Source of the DNA: the human T2T-CHM13v2.0 reference genome, Homo sapiens
Assembly: GCF_009914755.1 (NCBI RefSeq)
Contig: NC_060938.1
DNA: 64,000 bases
Strand: one strand, 5' to 3'
The position numbers and the translations under genes are program-made. Within the stretch, counting starts at the first letter, position 1, and each line of letters starts with the position of its first letter. The notes below the pieces were generated by a model. The model was given only the letters and a program-made list of their open reading frames with translations, searched no databases and had not been told where the DNA came from. Shown here piece after piece: positions 29,416-44,265 of this stretch.

Positions 29416-29686
29416 CCGGGATTTCAGCCTTTAAAAGCGCGGGCCCTGCCACCTTTCGCTGCGGCCCTTACGCTCAGAATGACGTGTCCTCTCTGCCATA
29501 GGTTGACTCCTTGAGTCCCCTAGGCCATTGCACTGTAGCCTGGGCAGCAAGAGCCAAACTCCGTCCCCCCACCTCCCCGCGCACATAATAACTAACTAAC
29601 TAACTAACTAACTAAAATCTCTACACGTCACCCATAAGTGTGTGTTCCCGTGAGGAGTGATTTCTAAGAAATGGTACTGTACACTG

Positions 29687-30076
<390 letters not shown>

Positions 30077-30082
30077 CTAGGG

Positions 30083-30139
30083 CCTTCTCTCTGTCTGTTT
30101 CTCTCTGTTCGTCTCTGTCTTTCTCTCTGTGTCTCTTTC

Positions 30140-30172
<33 letters not shown>

Positions 30173-30604
30173 TTCTTTCTTTCTGTCTCTGTCTTTGTCC
30201 CTCTCTCTCCCTCTCTGCCTGTCTCACTGTGTCTGTCTTCTATCTTACTCTCTTTCTCTCCCCGTCTGTCTCTCTCTCACTCCCTCCCTGTCTGTTTCTC
30301 TCTCTCTCTCTTTCTGTCTGTTTCTGTCTCTCTCTGTCTGCCTCTCTCTTTCTCTATCTGTCTCTTTCTCTGTCTGTCTGCCCCTCTCTTTCTTTTTCTG
30401 TGTCTCTCTGTCTGTCTCTCTCTCTCTCTGTGCCTATCTTCTGTCTTACTCTCTTTCTCTGCCTGTCTGTCTGTCTCTCTCTGTCTCTCCCTCCCTTTCT
30501 GCTTCTCTCTCTCTCTCTCTCTCTCCCCCCTCCCTGTCTGTTTCTCTCTGTCTCCCTCTCTTTCTGTCTGTTTCTCACTGTCTCTCTCTGTCTGTCTGTT
30601 TCAT

Positions 30605-30639
<35 letters not shown>

Positions 30640-30739
30640 GTCTCTCCCTCTCTGTGTGTATCTTTTGTCTTACTCTCCTTCTCTGCCTGTCCGTCTGTCT
30701 GTCTGTCTCTCTCTCTCCCTGTCCCTCTCTCTTTCTGTC

Positions 30740-30778
<39 letters not shown>

Positions 30779-31055
30779 GTCTTTCTCTGTCTGTCCCTTT
30801 CTCTGTCTGTCTGCCTCTCTCTTTCTCTTTCTGTGTCTCTCTGTCTCTCTCTCTGTGCCTATCTTCTGTCTTACTCTCTTTCTCTGCCTGTCTATCTGTC
30901 TGTCTCTCTCTGTCTCTCTCCCTGCCTTTCTGTTTCTCTCTCTCTCCCTCTCTCGCTCTCTCTGTCTTTCTCTCTTTCTCTCTGTTTCTCTGTCTCTCTC
31001 TGTCCGTCTCTGTCTTTTTCTGTCTGTCTGTCTCTCTCTTTCTTTCTGTCGTCTG

Positions 31056-31091
<36 letters not shown>

Positions 31092-31282
31092 TCCTTGTCT
31101 CTCTCACTGTGTCTGTCTTCTGTCTTACTCTCCTTCTCTGCCTGTCCATCTGTCTGTCTGTCTCTCTCTCTCTCTCCCTACCTTTCTGTTTCTCTCTCGC
31201 TAGCTCTCTCTCTCTCTGCCTGTTTCTCTCTTTCTCTCTCTGTCTTTCTCTGTCTGTCTCTTTCTCTGTCTGTCTGTCTCTT

Positions 31283-31327
<45 letters not shown>

Positions 31328-31570
31328 GCCTCTCTCACTGTGTCTGTCTTCTGTCTTATTCTCTTTCTCTCTCTGTCTCTCTCTCTCTCTCCTTTCCTGT
31401 CTGTTTTTCTCTCTCTCTCTCTCTTTCTGCCTGTTTCTCTCTGTCTGTCTCTGTCTTTCTCTGTCTGTCTGCCTCTCTCTTTCTTTTTCTGCGTCTCTCT
31501 GTCTCTCTCTCTCTCTCTCTGTTCCTATCTTCTGTCTTACTCTGTTTCCTTGCCTGCCTGCCTGTCTGTG

Positions 31571-31608
<38 letters not shown>

Positions 31609-31718
31609 CCTTTCTCTTTCTCTGTCTCTCTCTCTCTTTCTGGGTGTTTCTCTCTGTCTCTCTGTCCATCTCTGTCTTTCTATGTCTGTCTCTCTCTTTC
31701 TCTCTGTCTCTGTCTCTG

Positions 31719-31753
<35 letters not shown>

Positions 31754-32670
31754 GTCTCTCTCACTGTGTGTGTCTGTCTTCTGTCTTACTCTCCTTCTCT
31801 GCCTGTCCGTCTGTCTGTCTGTCTCTCCCTCTCTCTCCCTCCCTTTCTGTTTCTCTCTCTCTCTCTTTCTGTCTGTTTCTCTCTTTCTCTCTCTGTCTGT
31901 CTCTTTCTCTGTCTGTCTGTCTCTCTCTTTCTTTTTCTCTGTCTCTCTGTCTCTCTCTGTGTCTGTCTCTCTGTCTGTGCCTATCTTCTGTCTTACTCTC
32001 TTTCTCTGGCTGTCTGCCTGTCTCTCTCTCTCTCTCTGTCTGTCTCCGTCCCTCTCTCCCTGTCTGTCTGTTTCTCTCTCTGCCTCTCTCTCTCTCTGTC
32101 TGTCTCTTTCTCTGTCTGTCTGTCTCTCTCTTTCTTTTTCTCTGTCTCTCTGTCTCTCTCTGTGTCTGTCTCTCTTTCTGTGCCTATCTTCTGTCTTACT
32201 CTCTTTCTCTGGCTGTCTGCCTGTCTCTCTCTCTCTGCCTGTCTCCGTCCCTCCCTCCCTGTCTGTCTGTTTCTCTCTCTGTCTCTGTCTCTCTGTCCAT
32301 CTCTGTCTGTCTCTTTCTCTTTCTCTCTCTCTGTCTCTGTCTCTCTCTCTCTCTGCCTGTCTCTCTCACTGTGTCTGTCTTCTGTCTTACTCTCTTTCTC
32401 TGCCTGCCTCTCTGTCTGTCTGTCTCTCTCCCTCCATGTCTCTCTCTCTCTCTCACTCACTCTCTCTCCGTCTCTCTCTCTTTCTGTCTGTTTCTCTCTC
32501 TGTCTGTCTCTCTCCCTCCATGTCTCTCTCTCTCTCTCTCACTCACTCTCTCTCCGTCTCTCTCTCTCTTTCTGTCTGTTTCTCTCTCTGTCTGTCTCTC
32601 TCCCTCCATGTCTCTCTCTCTCCCTCTCACTCACTCTCTCTCCGTCTCTCTCTCTCTTTCTGTCTGTTTC

Positions 32671-32739
<69 letters not shown>

Positions 32740-32772
32740 GTCTTTCTCCCTCCCTGTCTGTCTGTCTGTCTC

Positions 32773-32805
<33 letters not shown>

Positions 32806-32886
32806 TTCTCTTTCTGTCTGTTTCTCTCTATCTCTCGCTGTCCATCTCTGTCTTTCTATGTCTGTCTCTTTCTCTGTCAGTCTGTC
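30083..32886 (+). repeat. (CT)/(CTGT) polypyrimidine tract of LR2
   Basis: About 2.8 kb, same composition as the LR1 tract. Confidence 0.95.
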
Positions 32887-33144
32887 AGACACCCCCGTGC
32901 CGGGTAGGGCCCTGCCCCTTCCACGAGAGTGAGAAGCGCGTGCTTCGGTGCTTAGAGAGGCCGAGAGGAATCTAGACAGGCGGGCCTTGCTGGGCTTCCC
33001 CACTCGGTGTACGATTTCGGGAGGTCGAGGCCGGGTCCCCGCTTGGATGCGAGGGGCATTTTCAGACTTTTCTCTCGGTCACGTGTGGCGTCCGTACTTC
33101 TCCTATTTCCCCGATAAGCTCCTCGACTTCAACATAAACTGTTA

Positions 33145-33356
33145 AGGCCGGACGCAACACGGCGAAACCCCGTCTCTACTAAAAATACAAAGCTGAGTCG
33201 GGAGCGGTGGGGCAGGCCCCTGTAATGCCAGCTCCTCGGGAGGCTGAGGCGGGAGAATCGCTTGAACCAGGGAAGCGGAGGCTGCAGGGAGCCGAGATCG
33301 CGCCACTGCACTACGGCCCAGGCTGTAGAGTGAGTGAGACTCGGTCTCTAAATAAA
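33145..33356 (+). mobile_element. Alu, 5'-truncated, abutting the LR2 end
   Basis: CAACACGGCGAAACCCCGTCTCTACTAAAAATACAAA...GAGACTCGGTCTC. Confidence 0.87.
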
Positions 33357-34544
33357 TACGGAAATTAATTAATTCATTAATTCTTTTCCCTGCTGACGGA
33401 CATTTGCAGGCAGGCATCGGTTGTCTTCGGGCATCACCTAGCGGCCACTGTTATTGAAAGTCGACGTGACACGGAGGGAGGTCTCGCCGACTTCACCGAG
33501 CCTGGGGCAACGGGTTTCTCTCTCTCCCTTCTGGAGGCCCCTCCCTCTCTCCCTCGTTGCCTAGGGAACCTCGCCTAGGGAACCTCCGCCCTGGCGGGGG
33601 CCCTATTGTTCTTTGATCGGCGCTTTACTTTTCTTTGTGTTTTGGCGCCTAGACTCTTCTACTTGGGCTTTGGGAAGGGTCAGTTTAATTTTCAAGTTGC
33701 CCCCCGGCTCCCCCCACTACCCACGTCCCTTCACCTTAATTTAGTGAGTCGGTTAGGTGGGTTTCCCCCAAACCGCCCCCCCCCCCCCCCCGCCTCCCAA
33801 CACCCTGCTTGGAAACCTTCCAGAGCCACCCCGGTGTGCCTCCGTCTTCTCTCCCCTTCCCCCACCCCTTGCCGGCGATCTCATTCTTGCCAGGCTGACA
33901 TTTGCATCGGTGGGCGTCAGGCCTCACTCGGGGGCCACCGTTTTTGAAGATGGGGGCGGCACGGTCCCACTTCCCCGGAGGCAGCTTGGGCCGATGGCAT
34001 AGCCCCTTGACCCGCGTGGGCAAGCGGGCGGGTCTGCAGTTGTGAGGCTTTTCCCCCCGCTGCTTCCCGCCTCAGGCCTCCCTCCCTAGGAAAGCTTCAC
34101 CCTGGCTGGGTCTCGGTCACCTTTTATCACGATGTTTTAGTTTCTCCGCCCTCCGGCCAGCAGAGTTTCACAATGCGAAGGGCGCCACGGCTCTAGTCTG
34201 GGCCTTCTCAGTACTTGCCCAAAATAGAAACGCTTTCTGAAAACTAATAACTTTGCTCACTTAAGATTTCCAGGGACGGCGCCTTGGCCCGTGTTTGTTG
34301 GCTTGTTTTGTTTCGTTCTGTTTTGTTTTGTTCGTGTTTTTCCTTTCTCGTATGTCTTTCTTTTCAGGTGAAGTAGAAATCCCCAGTTTTCAGGAAGACG
34401 TCTATTTTCCCCAAGACACGTTAGCTGCCGTTTTTTCCTGTTGTGAACTAGCGCTTTTGTGACTCTCTCAACGTGCAGTGAGAGCCGGTTGATGTTTACT
34501 ATCCTTCATCATGACATCTTATTTTCTAGAAATCCGTAGGCGAA

Positions 34545-34632
34545 TGCTGCTGCTGCTCTTGTTGCTGTTGTTGTTGTTGTTGTTGTCGTCGTTGCTGTTG
34601 TCGTTGTCGTTGTTGTTGTCGTTGTCGTTGTT
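34545..34632 (+). repeat. (GCT/GTT/GTC)n mixed trinucleotide repeat
   Basis: Read directly from the sequence. Confidence 0.85.
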
Positions 34633-34707
34633 TTCAAAGTATACCCCGGCCACCGTTTATGGGATCAAAAGCATTATAAAATATGTGTGATTATTTCTTG
34701 AGCACGC

Positions 34708-35303
34708 CCTTCCTCCCCCTCTCTCTGTCTCTCTGTCTGTCTCTGTCTCTCTCTTTCTCTGTCTGTCTTCTCTCTCTCTCTCTCTGTGTCTCTCTCTCTC
34801 TGCCTGTCTGTTTCTCTCTCTCTGCCTCTCTCTCTCTCTCTCTCTCTGCCTGTCTCTCTCACTGTGTCTGTCTTCTGTCTTACTCCCTTTCTCTGTCTGT
34901 CTGTCGGTCTCTCTCTCTCTCTCTCCCTGTCTGTATGTTTCTCTCTGTCTCTGTCTCTCTCTCTCTTTCTGTTTCTCTCTCTCCGTCTCTGTCTTTCTCT
35001 GACTGTCTCTCTCTTTCCTTCTCTCTGTCTCTCTCTGCCTGTCTCTCTCACTCTGTCTTCTGTCTTACTCTCTCTCTCTGCCTGCCTGTCTCTCTCACTC
35101 TCTCTCTCTGTGTGTCTCTCTCTCTCTTTCTGTTTCTCTCTGTCTCTCTGTCCGTCTCTGTCTTTCTCTGTCTGTCTCTTTGTCTGTCTGTCTTTGTCTT
35201 TCCTTCTCTCTGTCTCTGTCTCTCTCACTGTGTCTGTCTTCTGTCTTAGTCTCTCTCTCTCTCTCTCCCTGTCTGTCTGTCTCTCTCTCTCTCTCCCCCT
35301 GTC

Positions 35304-35346
<43 letters not shown>

Positions 35347-35901
35347 TTGTCTTTCTTTCTGTCTCTGTCTCTCTCTCTCTCTCTGTGTGTCTGTCTTCTG
35401 TCTTACTGTCTTTCTCTGCCTGTCTGTCTGTCTGTCTCTCTCTGTCTGTCTCTCTCTCTCTCTCCCCCCTGTCGGCTGTTTCTCTGTCTCTGTCTGTGTC
35501 TCTCTTTCTGTCTGTTTCTCTCTGTCTGTCTTTCTCTCTCTGTCTCTTTCTCTCTGTCTCTCTGTCTGTCTCTGTCTCTCTCTCTGTCTCTCTCTCTCTG
35601 TGGGGGTGTGTGTGTGTGTGTGTATGTGTGTGTGTGTGTGTGTGTGTGTCTGCCTTCTGTCTTACTCTCTTTCTCTGCCTGTCTGTCTGCCTGTCTGTTT
35701 GTCTCTCTCTCTCTGCCTGTCTCTCTCCCTTCCTGTCTGTTTCTCTCTCTTTCTGTTTCTCTCTGTCTCTGTCCATCTCTGTCTTTCTCCGTCTGTCTCT
35801 TTATCTGTCTCTCTCCGTCTGTCTCTTTATCTGTCTCTCTCTCTCTTTCTGTCTTTCTCTCTCTGTGTATCGTTGTCTCTCTCTGTCTGTCTCTGTCTCT
35901 G

Positions 35902-35934
<33 letters not shown>

Positions 35935-35995
35935 GTCTGTCTGTCCGTCTGTCTGTCTCGGTCTCTGGCTCTCGCTATCTCCCGCCCTCTCTTTT
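34708..35995 (+). repeat. Third CT-rich tract with an embedded (GT)n
   Basis: Same motif vocabulary as the LR tracts. Confidence 0.93.
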
Positions 35996-37277
35996 TTTGC
36001 AAAAGAAGCTCAAGTACATCTAATCTAATCCCTTACCAAGGCCTGAATTCTTCACTTCTGACATCCCAGATTTGATCTCCCTACAGAATGCTGTACAGAA
36101 CTGGCGAGTTGATTTCTGGACTTGGATACCTCATAGAAACTACATATGAATAAAGATCCAATCCTAAAATCTGGGGTGGCTTCTCCCTCGACTGTCTCGA
36201 AAAATCGTACCTCTGTTCCCCTAGGATGCCGGAAGAGTTTTCTCAATGTGCATCTGCCCGTGTCCTAAGTGATCTGTGACCGAGCCCTGTCCGTCCTGTC
36301 TCAAATATGTACGTGCAAACACTTCTCTCCATTTCCACAACTACCCACGGCCCCTTGTGGAACCACTGGCTCTTTGAAAAAAATCCCAGAAGTGGTTTTG
36401 GCTTTTTGGCTAGGAGGCCTAAGCCTGCTGAGAACTTTCCTGCCCAGGATCCTGTGTGACCAAAAGTGCCTCTGCTGGGAGCTGGGATCCTCGGGACCAT
36501 GCTTGCTAGCGCTGGATGAGTCTCTGGAAGGACGCACGGGACTCCGCAAAGCTGACCTGTCCCACCGAGGTCAAATGGATACCTCTGCATTGGCCCGAGG
36601 CCTCCGAAGTACATCACCGTCACCAACCGTCACCGTCAGCATCCTTGTGAGCCTGCCCAAGGCCCCGCCTCCGGGGAGACTCTTGGGAGCCCGGCCTTCG
36701 TCGGCTAAAGTCCAAAGGGATGGTGACTTCCACCCACAAGGTCCCCACTGAACGGCGAAGATGTGGAGCGTAGGTCAGAGAGGGGACCAGGAGGGGAGAC
36801 GTCCCGACAGGCGACGAGTTCCCAAGGCTCTGGCCACCCCACCCACGCCCCACGCCCCACGTCCCGGGCACCCGCGGGACACCGCCGCTTTATCCCCTCC
36901 TCTGTCCACAGCCAGCCCCACCCCACCACGCAACCCACGCACACACGCTGGAGGTTCCAAAACCACACGGTGTGACTAGAGCCTGACGGAGCGAGAGCCC
37001 ATTTCACGAGGTGGGAGGGGTGGGGGTGGGGTGGGTTGGGGGTTGTGGGGTCTGTGGCGAGCCCGATTCTCCCTCTTGGGTGGCTACAGGCTAGAAATGA
37101 ATATCGCTTCTTGGGCGGAGGGGCTTCCTTAGGCCATCACCGCTTGCGGGACTACCTCTCAAACCCTCCCTTGAGGCCACAAAATAGATTCCACCCCACC
37201 CATCGACGTTTCCCCCGGGTGCTGGATGTATCCTGTCAAGAGACCTGAGCCTGACACCGTCGAATTAAACACCTTGA

Positions 37278-37490
<213 letters not shown>

Positions 37491-37557
37491 TTTCATTGGT
37501 TTTCACTGGAGATTCTAGATTCGAGCCACACCTCATTCCGTGCCACAGAGAGACTTC

Positions 37558-40500
37558 TTTTTTTTTTTTTTTTTAAGCGCAACGCAACATGTCTGCCTTA
37601 TTTGAGTGGCTTCCTATATCATTATAATTGTGTTATAGATGAAGAAACGGTATTAAACACTGTGCTAATGATAGTGAAAGTGAAGACAAAAGAAAGGCTA
37701 TCTATTTTGTGGTTAGAATAAAGTTGCTCAGTATTTAGAGCTACCTAAATACGTCAGCATTTACACTCTTCCTAGTAAAAGCTGGCCAATCTGAATAATC
37801 CTCCTTTAAACAAACACAATTTTTGATAGGGTTAAGATTTTTTTAAGAATGCGACTCCTGCAAAATAGCTGAACAGACGATACACATTTAAAAAAATAAC
37901 AACACAAGGATCAACCAGACTTGGGAAAAAATCGAAAACCACACAAGTCTTATGAAGAACTGAGTTCTTAAAATAGGACGGAGAACGTAGCTATCGGAAG
38001 AGAAGGCAGTATTGGCAAGTTGATTGTTACGTTGGTCAGCAGTAGCTGGCACTATCTTTTTGGCCATCTTTCGGGCAATGTAACTACTACAGCAAAATGA
38101 GATATGATCCATTAAACAACATATTCGCAAATCAAAAAGTGTTTCAGTAATATAATGCTTCAGATTTAGAAGCAAATCAAATGATAGAACTCCACTGCTG
38201 TAATAAGTCACCCCAAAGATCACCGTATCTGACAAAATAACTACCACAGGGTTATGACTTCAGAATCATACTTTCTCTTGATATTTACTTATGTATGTAT
38301 TTATTTTTTTTAATTTATTTCTCTTGAGACGGCGTCTCGCTCTGTCGCCCAGGCTGGAGTGCGATGGTGTGATCTCGGCTCACTGCAACCGCCACCTCCC
38401 TGGGTTCAAGCGATTCTCCTGCCTCAGCCTCCCGAGTAGCTGGGACTACAGGTGCCCGCCACCACGCCCAGCTAATCTTTATACTTTTAATAGAGACGGG
38501 GTTTCACCGTGTCGGCCCGGATGGTCTCGATCTCTTGACCTCGTGACCCGCCCGCCTCGGCCTCCCAAAGTGCTGGGATGACAGGCGTGAGCCACTGAGC
38601 CCGGCCTTCTCTTGACGTTTAAACTATGAAGTCAGTCCAGAGAAACGCAATAAATGTCAACGGTGAGGATGGTGTTGAGGCAGAAGTAGGACCACACTTT
38701 TTCCTATCTTATTCAGTTGATAACAATATGACCTAGGTAGTAATTTCCTATGTGCCTACTTATACACGAGTACAAAAGAGTAAAACAGAGAGACTGCTAA
38801 ATTAAAGGGTACGTGAAGTTCTTCATAGTAACTCCGTAAACTGGAACACTGTCAAAAAGCAGCAGCTAGTGAATTGTTTCCATGTATTTTTCTATGATCC
38901 AATAAGTGAACTATGCTATTCCTTTCCAGTCTCCCAAGCACTTCTTGTCCCCATCACCACTTCGGTGCTCGAAGAAAAAGTAACAAATCAAGGAACACAA
39001 CTAAAGAAACACACACACAAACCAAAGACAACTACAGCGTCTGCAAAAGTTTGCTAGAAGACTGAAACTGTTGAGTATAAGGATCTGGTATTCTACGATC
39101 ATGAGTTCACTTCAGAGTTTGTTCAAGACATACGTTTCGTAAGGAAACATCTTAGTTAGAAGTTATTCAGCAGTAGGTACCATCCCTAAGTATTTTTCAC
39201 CAAATTCGTGACAATAAAGAGCTATCTAACCAGAAAAATTAGCGAGTACCGGCACCATCCATAGGGCTTTGTCTTTACGCTTCATTAGCACTTACCATGC
39301 CTTACAATGTCTAGGATTGACCCTGATAGCATTTCGAAAACAAGCTAATGCTTTGTCCAGTTCTTCAGTGAAGACAAGCTCACGCCCTAATGCGCTATAG
39401 GCATAAGCATCATTTGGATCCACTTCGAGAGTTCTCTGGAAGAATTGAATCGCAATATCGTGTTCCCGTTGCAGACCGAAACAGTTCCCTGCAGCACACC
39501 AGGCCTCTGGCTGGCGAATTTTTATCCATGTCTGTGAAGTCTTTGGACAGAACTGAAAGAGCAACCTCTTTCGGAGGATGCCAAAGTGTTGTAGAGTAGA
39601 TCTCCATGCCTTCGACTCTGTAATTCTCAATCCTCCTAACCTCTGAGAATTGTCTTTCAGCTTGCGTGGACTCTGAAAGTTTACAATAGGCCCTTCCGAT
39701 TTGGCACAGTACCCAACCGGTATTGCAGTGGTGAGAAGCTAGATGGCTCAAGATGCTGATAGCTTCTTTGCCGTGGTAAGAACACAAAGCTAAATAACCT
39801 TTCCCCCTTTCACGAAGAAGGCTCATCAAGCCTTCCGCTGCTGCTTTTTGTAGATTAAAAGCCTGAATCTGAGGCGCGATTGCGGCTATTTTCCCTTCTG
39901 AAATGACGGAAGAGTCCAATTTTGTCACTTCCAGGCTATCACTTATGTTCGGTGGAGTTATTGCTCCTTTATTAGTTTTACTTTTGGTTCTTCTGTTTGG
40001 GATTTTAGGTGGAAACTTCATTTTTAATTTTCTCCTATTCTCCTCGGTTGTGGAGCTGTCACTAGTCAAGAGTCGTGAATTTCTTCGAGGCGGTGCATTT
40101 GGGGGAGATGCCATAGTGGGGCTCAATACCTGAGGTGTTGCCCTTGTCGGCGGACCAGAACTTTGTGTTTTTGCAAGGACTGGAGTTACCTTTCGGCTCT
40201 TTCCCCTCTGCGAGAAGACAGACGGTGTTCCGGTTTGGCCGATTCTGGCAACAGGCTTTTTTGAAGGGGCTCCGGTGGATGGCACGTCAATGACAGACGG
40301 TGTCTCATACCAGTGCAGTTTTGTCAATAGGGTCCGTCTCCGGGACTTGGGGTTTCTAATGGCAAAATGCCAACACTTGGGGTTAATGGACTAACAGCTG
40401 CTGGTCCTCCTAATAAACTTCGACCAGTTTTTGGTTTATGTTGAACCTGTTTAGATCATATGGAAGTTCCTGTTCCCAGTGGGACAGTATCAGGTGAAAG

Positions 40501-41355
40501 GACAGCTGAATCGATAGAAGACACTGGGGAGTCTGTATTCAAGGAGTACTTTGAATTGGAAGATTCTAAATTCCATCCGTTTCATTCGACGGTGTCCTGG
40601 GGTGTTTCCGTAAGAACGGTCTCGGGCTGTCTGTGACATAAACTAGGACGAGGTCCAAGTGTTGTGGCGCAACACTTGGACAGGCAGTTGCTAAAGCTCT
40701 CTAGAGAGGTGAATCAAAATGTTTGGTCAGGATCTGGCTTTTCCCCCCTATTTCACATCATGATTCAAAGGGACACCAGAGGAAAGGATTTCAACGAAGG
40801 CTCTTTTGGTCACATTCTGATCCTTTGGTAAGCCGATCTGTCTTGCAATATACATGTCCCGACGATGGAAGGGGAAAGCGAGCTGAATCACCAAACTCAG
40901 GAACGATAATATCATCGTGGCTTTTCTGCTTATGAAACACTCCACCCGATAAGATTTGATCCCCTTCTGCAAGCTTGCTGAGATCAACACAACATTTCGC
41001 AAGCAGGCATTTGCATTGCGGGGTAGTACAACTGTGTCCTTTCAAGAGTCTATATGTTTTATAGGCCTTTCCTGAGCGGTAAGAACAGGTCGCCAGTAAG
41101 AACAAGGCTTCTTCTGAGTGTACTTCTGCATAAAGGCGTTCTGCGGGGGAAACCGCATCTCGGTAGGCATAGTGGTTTAGTGCTTGCCATATAGCAGCCT
41201 GGACGGGTCCCTGCAGCACCGCCATCCTCGAGGCTCAGGCCCACTTTCTGCAGTGCCACAGGCACCCCCCCCCCCCCCATAGCGGCTCCGGCCCGGCCAG
41301 CCTCGGCTCATTTAAAGGCACCAGCCGCCGTTACCGGGGGATGGGGGAGTCCGAG
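37558..41355 (-). pseudogene. CDC27P: CDC27 processed pseudogene (coding-derived part 39296-41225), frameshifted
   Basis: ORF fragments MAVLQGPVQAAIWQALNHYAYRDAV..., ...KMKFPPKIPNRRTKSKTNKG..., ...PEAWCAAGNCFGLQREHDIAIQFFQR...IRVNPRHCKAW match CDC27/APC3 in different frames with no introns; outer limits set by poly(A) and TSDs. Confidence 0.93.
38288..38606 (-). mobile_element. Alu nested in the CDC27 retrocopy 3' segment, 15-bp TSD
   Basis: Full Alu flanked by TTCTCTTGATATTTA (38273-38287) and TTCTCTTGACGTTTA (38607-38621). Confidence 0.92.
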
Positions 41356-41880
41356 ACAGAATGACTTCTTTATCCTGCTGACTCTGGAAAGCCCGGCGCC
41401 TTGTGATCCATTGCAAACCGAGAGTCACCTCGTGTTTAGAACACGGATCCACTCCCAAGTTCAGTGGGGGGATGTGAGGGGTGTGGCAGGTAGGACGAAG
41501 GACTCTCTTCCTTCTGATTCGGTCTGCACAGTGGGGCCTAGGGCTGGAGCTCTCTCCGTGCGGACCGCTGACTCCCTCTACCTTGGGTTCCCTCGGCCCC
41601 ACCCTGGAACGCCGGGCCTTGGCAGATTCTGGCCCTTCCTGGCCCTTCAGTCGCTGTCAGAAACCCCATCTCATGCTCGGATGCCCCGAGTGACTGTGGC
41701 TCGCACCTCTCCGGAAACATTGGAAATCTCTCCTCTACGCGCGGCCACCTGAAACCACAGGAGCTCGGGACACACGTGCTTTCGGGAGAGAATGCTGAGA
41801 GTCTCTTGCCGACTCTCTCTTGACTTGAGTTCTTCGTGGGTGCGTGGTTAAGACGTAGTGAGACCAGATGTATTAACTCA

Positions 41881-42045
41881 GGCCGGGTGCTGGTGGCTCA
41901 CGCCTGTAACCCCAACACTTTGGGAGGCCGAGGCCGTAGGATCCCTCGAGGAATCGCCTAACCCTGGGGAGGTTGAGGTTGCAGTGAGTGAGCCATAGTT
42001 GTGTCACTGTGCTCCAGTCTGGGCGAAAGACAGAATGAGGCCCTG
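41881..42045 (+). mobile_element. Alu monomer or internally deleted Alu
   Basis: GGCCGGGTGCTGGTGGCTCACGCCTGTAACCCCAACACTTTGGGAGGCCGAGG...GAGGTTGCAGTGAG...CTCCAGTCTGGGCG. Confidence 0.8.
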
Positions 42046-42144
42046 CCACAGGCAGGCAGGCAGGCAGGCAGGCAGAAAGACAACAGCTGTATTATGTTCT
42101 TCTCAGGGTAGGAAGCAAAAATAACAGAATACAGCACTTAATTA

Positions 42145-42445
<301 letters not shown>

Positions 42446-42490
42446 CTACGTTTATTTATTTATTTTTTTAATTATTTTACTTTTTTTTAG

Positions 42491-42843
<353 letters not shown>

Positions 42844-42899
42844 TATTTATCTATTTATTAACTTTGAGTCCAGGTTATGAAACCAGTTAGTTTTTGTAA

Positions 42900-43028
42900 T
42901 TTTTTTTTTTTTTTTTTTTTTTTTGAGACGAGGTTTCACCGTGTTGCCAAGGCTTGGACCGAGGGATCCACCGGCCCTCGGCCTCCCAAAAGTGCGGGGA
43001 TGACAGGCGCGAGCCTACCGCGCCCGGA
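42900..43028 (-). mobile_element. Alu left-monomer fragment
   Basis: T24, GAGACGAGGTTTCACCGTGTTGCC...CTCGGCCTCCCAAAAGTGC. Confidence 0.78.
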
Positions 43029-43842
43029 CCCCCCCTTTCCCCTTCCCCCGCTTGTCTTCCCGACAGACAGTTTCACGGCAGAGCGTTTGGCTGGCGTGCT
43101 TAAACTCATTCTAAATAGAAATTTGGGACGTCAGCTTCTGGCCTCACGGACTCTGAGCCGAGGAGTCCCCTGGTCTGTCTATCACAGGACCGTACACGTA
43201 AGGAGGAGAAAAATCGTAACGTTCAAAGTCAGTCATTTTGTGATACAGAAATACACGGATTCACCCAAAACACAGAAAGCAGTCTTTTAGAAATGGCCTT
43301 AGCCCTGGTGTCCGTGCCAGTGATTCTTTTCGGTTTGGACCTTGACTGAGAGGATTCCCAGTCGGTCTCTCGTCTCTGGACGGAAGTTCCAGATGATCCG
43401 ATGGGTGGGGGACTTAGGCTGCGTCCCCCCAGGAGCCCTGGTCGATTAGTTGTGGGGATCGCCTTGGAGGGCGCGGTGACCCACTGTGCTGTGGGAGCCT
43501 CCATCCTTCCCCCCACCCCCTCCCCAGGGGATCCCAATTCATTCCGGGCTGACACGCTCACTGGCAGGCGTCGGGCATCACCTAGCGGTCACTGTTACTC
43601 TGAAAACGGAGGCCTCACAGAGGAAGGGAGCACCAGGCCGCCTGCGCACAGCCTGGGGCAACTGTGTCTTCTCCACCGCCCCCGCCCCCACCTCCAAGTT
43701 CCTCCCTCCCTTGTTGCCTAGGAAATCGCCACTTTGACGACCGGGTCTGATTGACCTTTGATCAGGCAAAAACGAACAAACAGATAAATAAATAAAATAA
43801 CACAAAAGTAACTAACTAAATAAAATAAGTCAATACAACCCA

Positions 43843-43975
43843 TTACAATACAATAAGATACGATACGATAGGATGCGATAGGATACGATAGGATACAATA
43901 CAATACGATACGATACAATACAATACAATACAATACAATACAATACAATACAATACAATACAATACAATACAATA
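43843..43975 (+). repeat. (ATACA/ATACG/ATAGG)n pentanucleotide repeat
   Basis: Read directly from the sequence. Confidence 0.9.

Positions 43976-44265
<290 letters not shown>

Noticed and set aside
36000-36700. Possible LTR/MER remnant with AATAAA near 36149
   Set aside because: I could not assign a family or termini from sequence alone; needs a Dfam search
39410-40327. 305-aa ORF as a functional CDC27 paralog
   Set aside because: Internal fragment between frameshifts, without a true ATG start; part of the pseudogene
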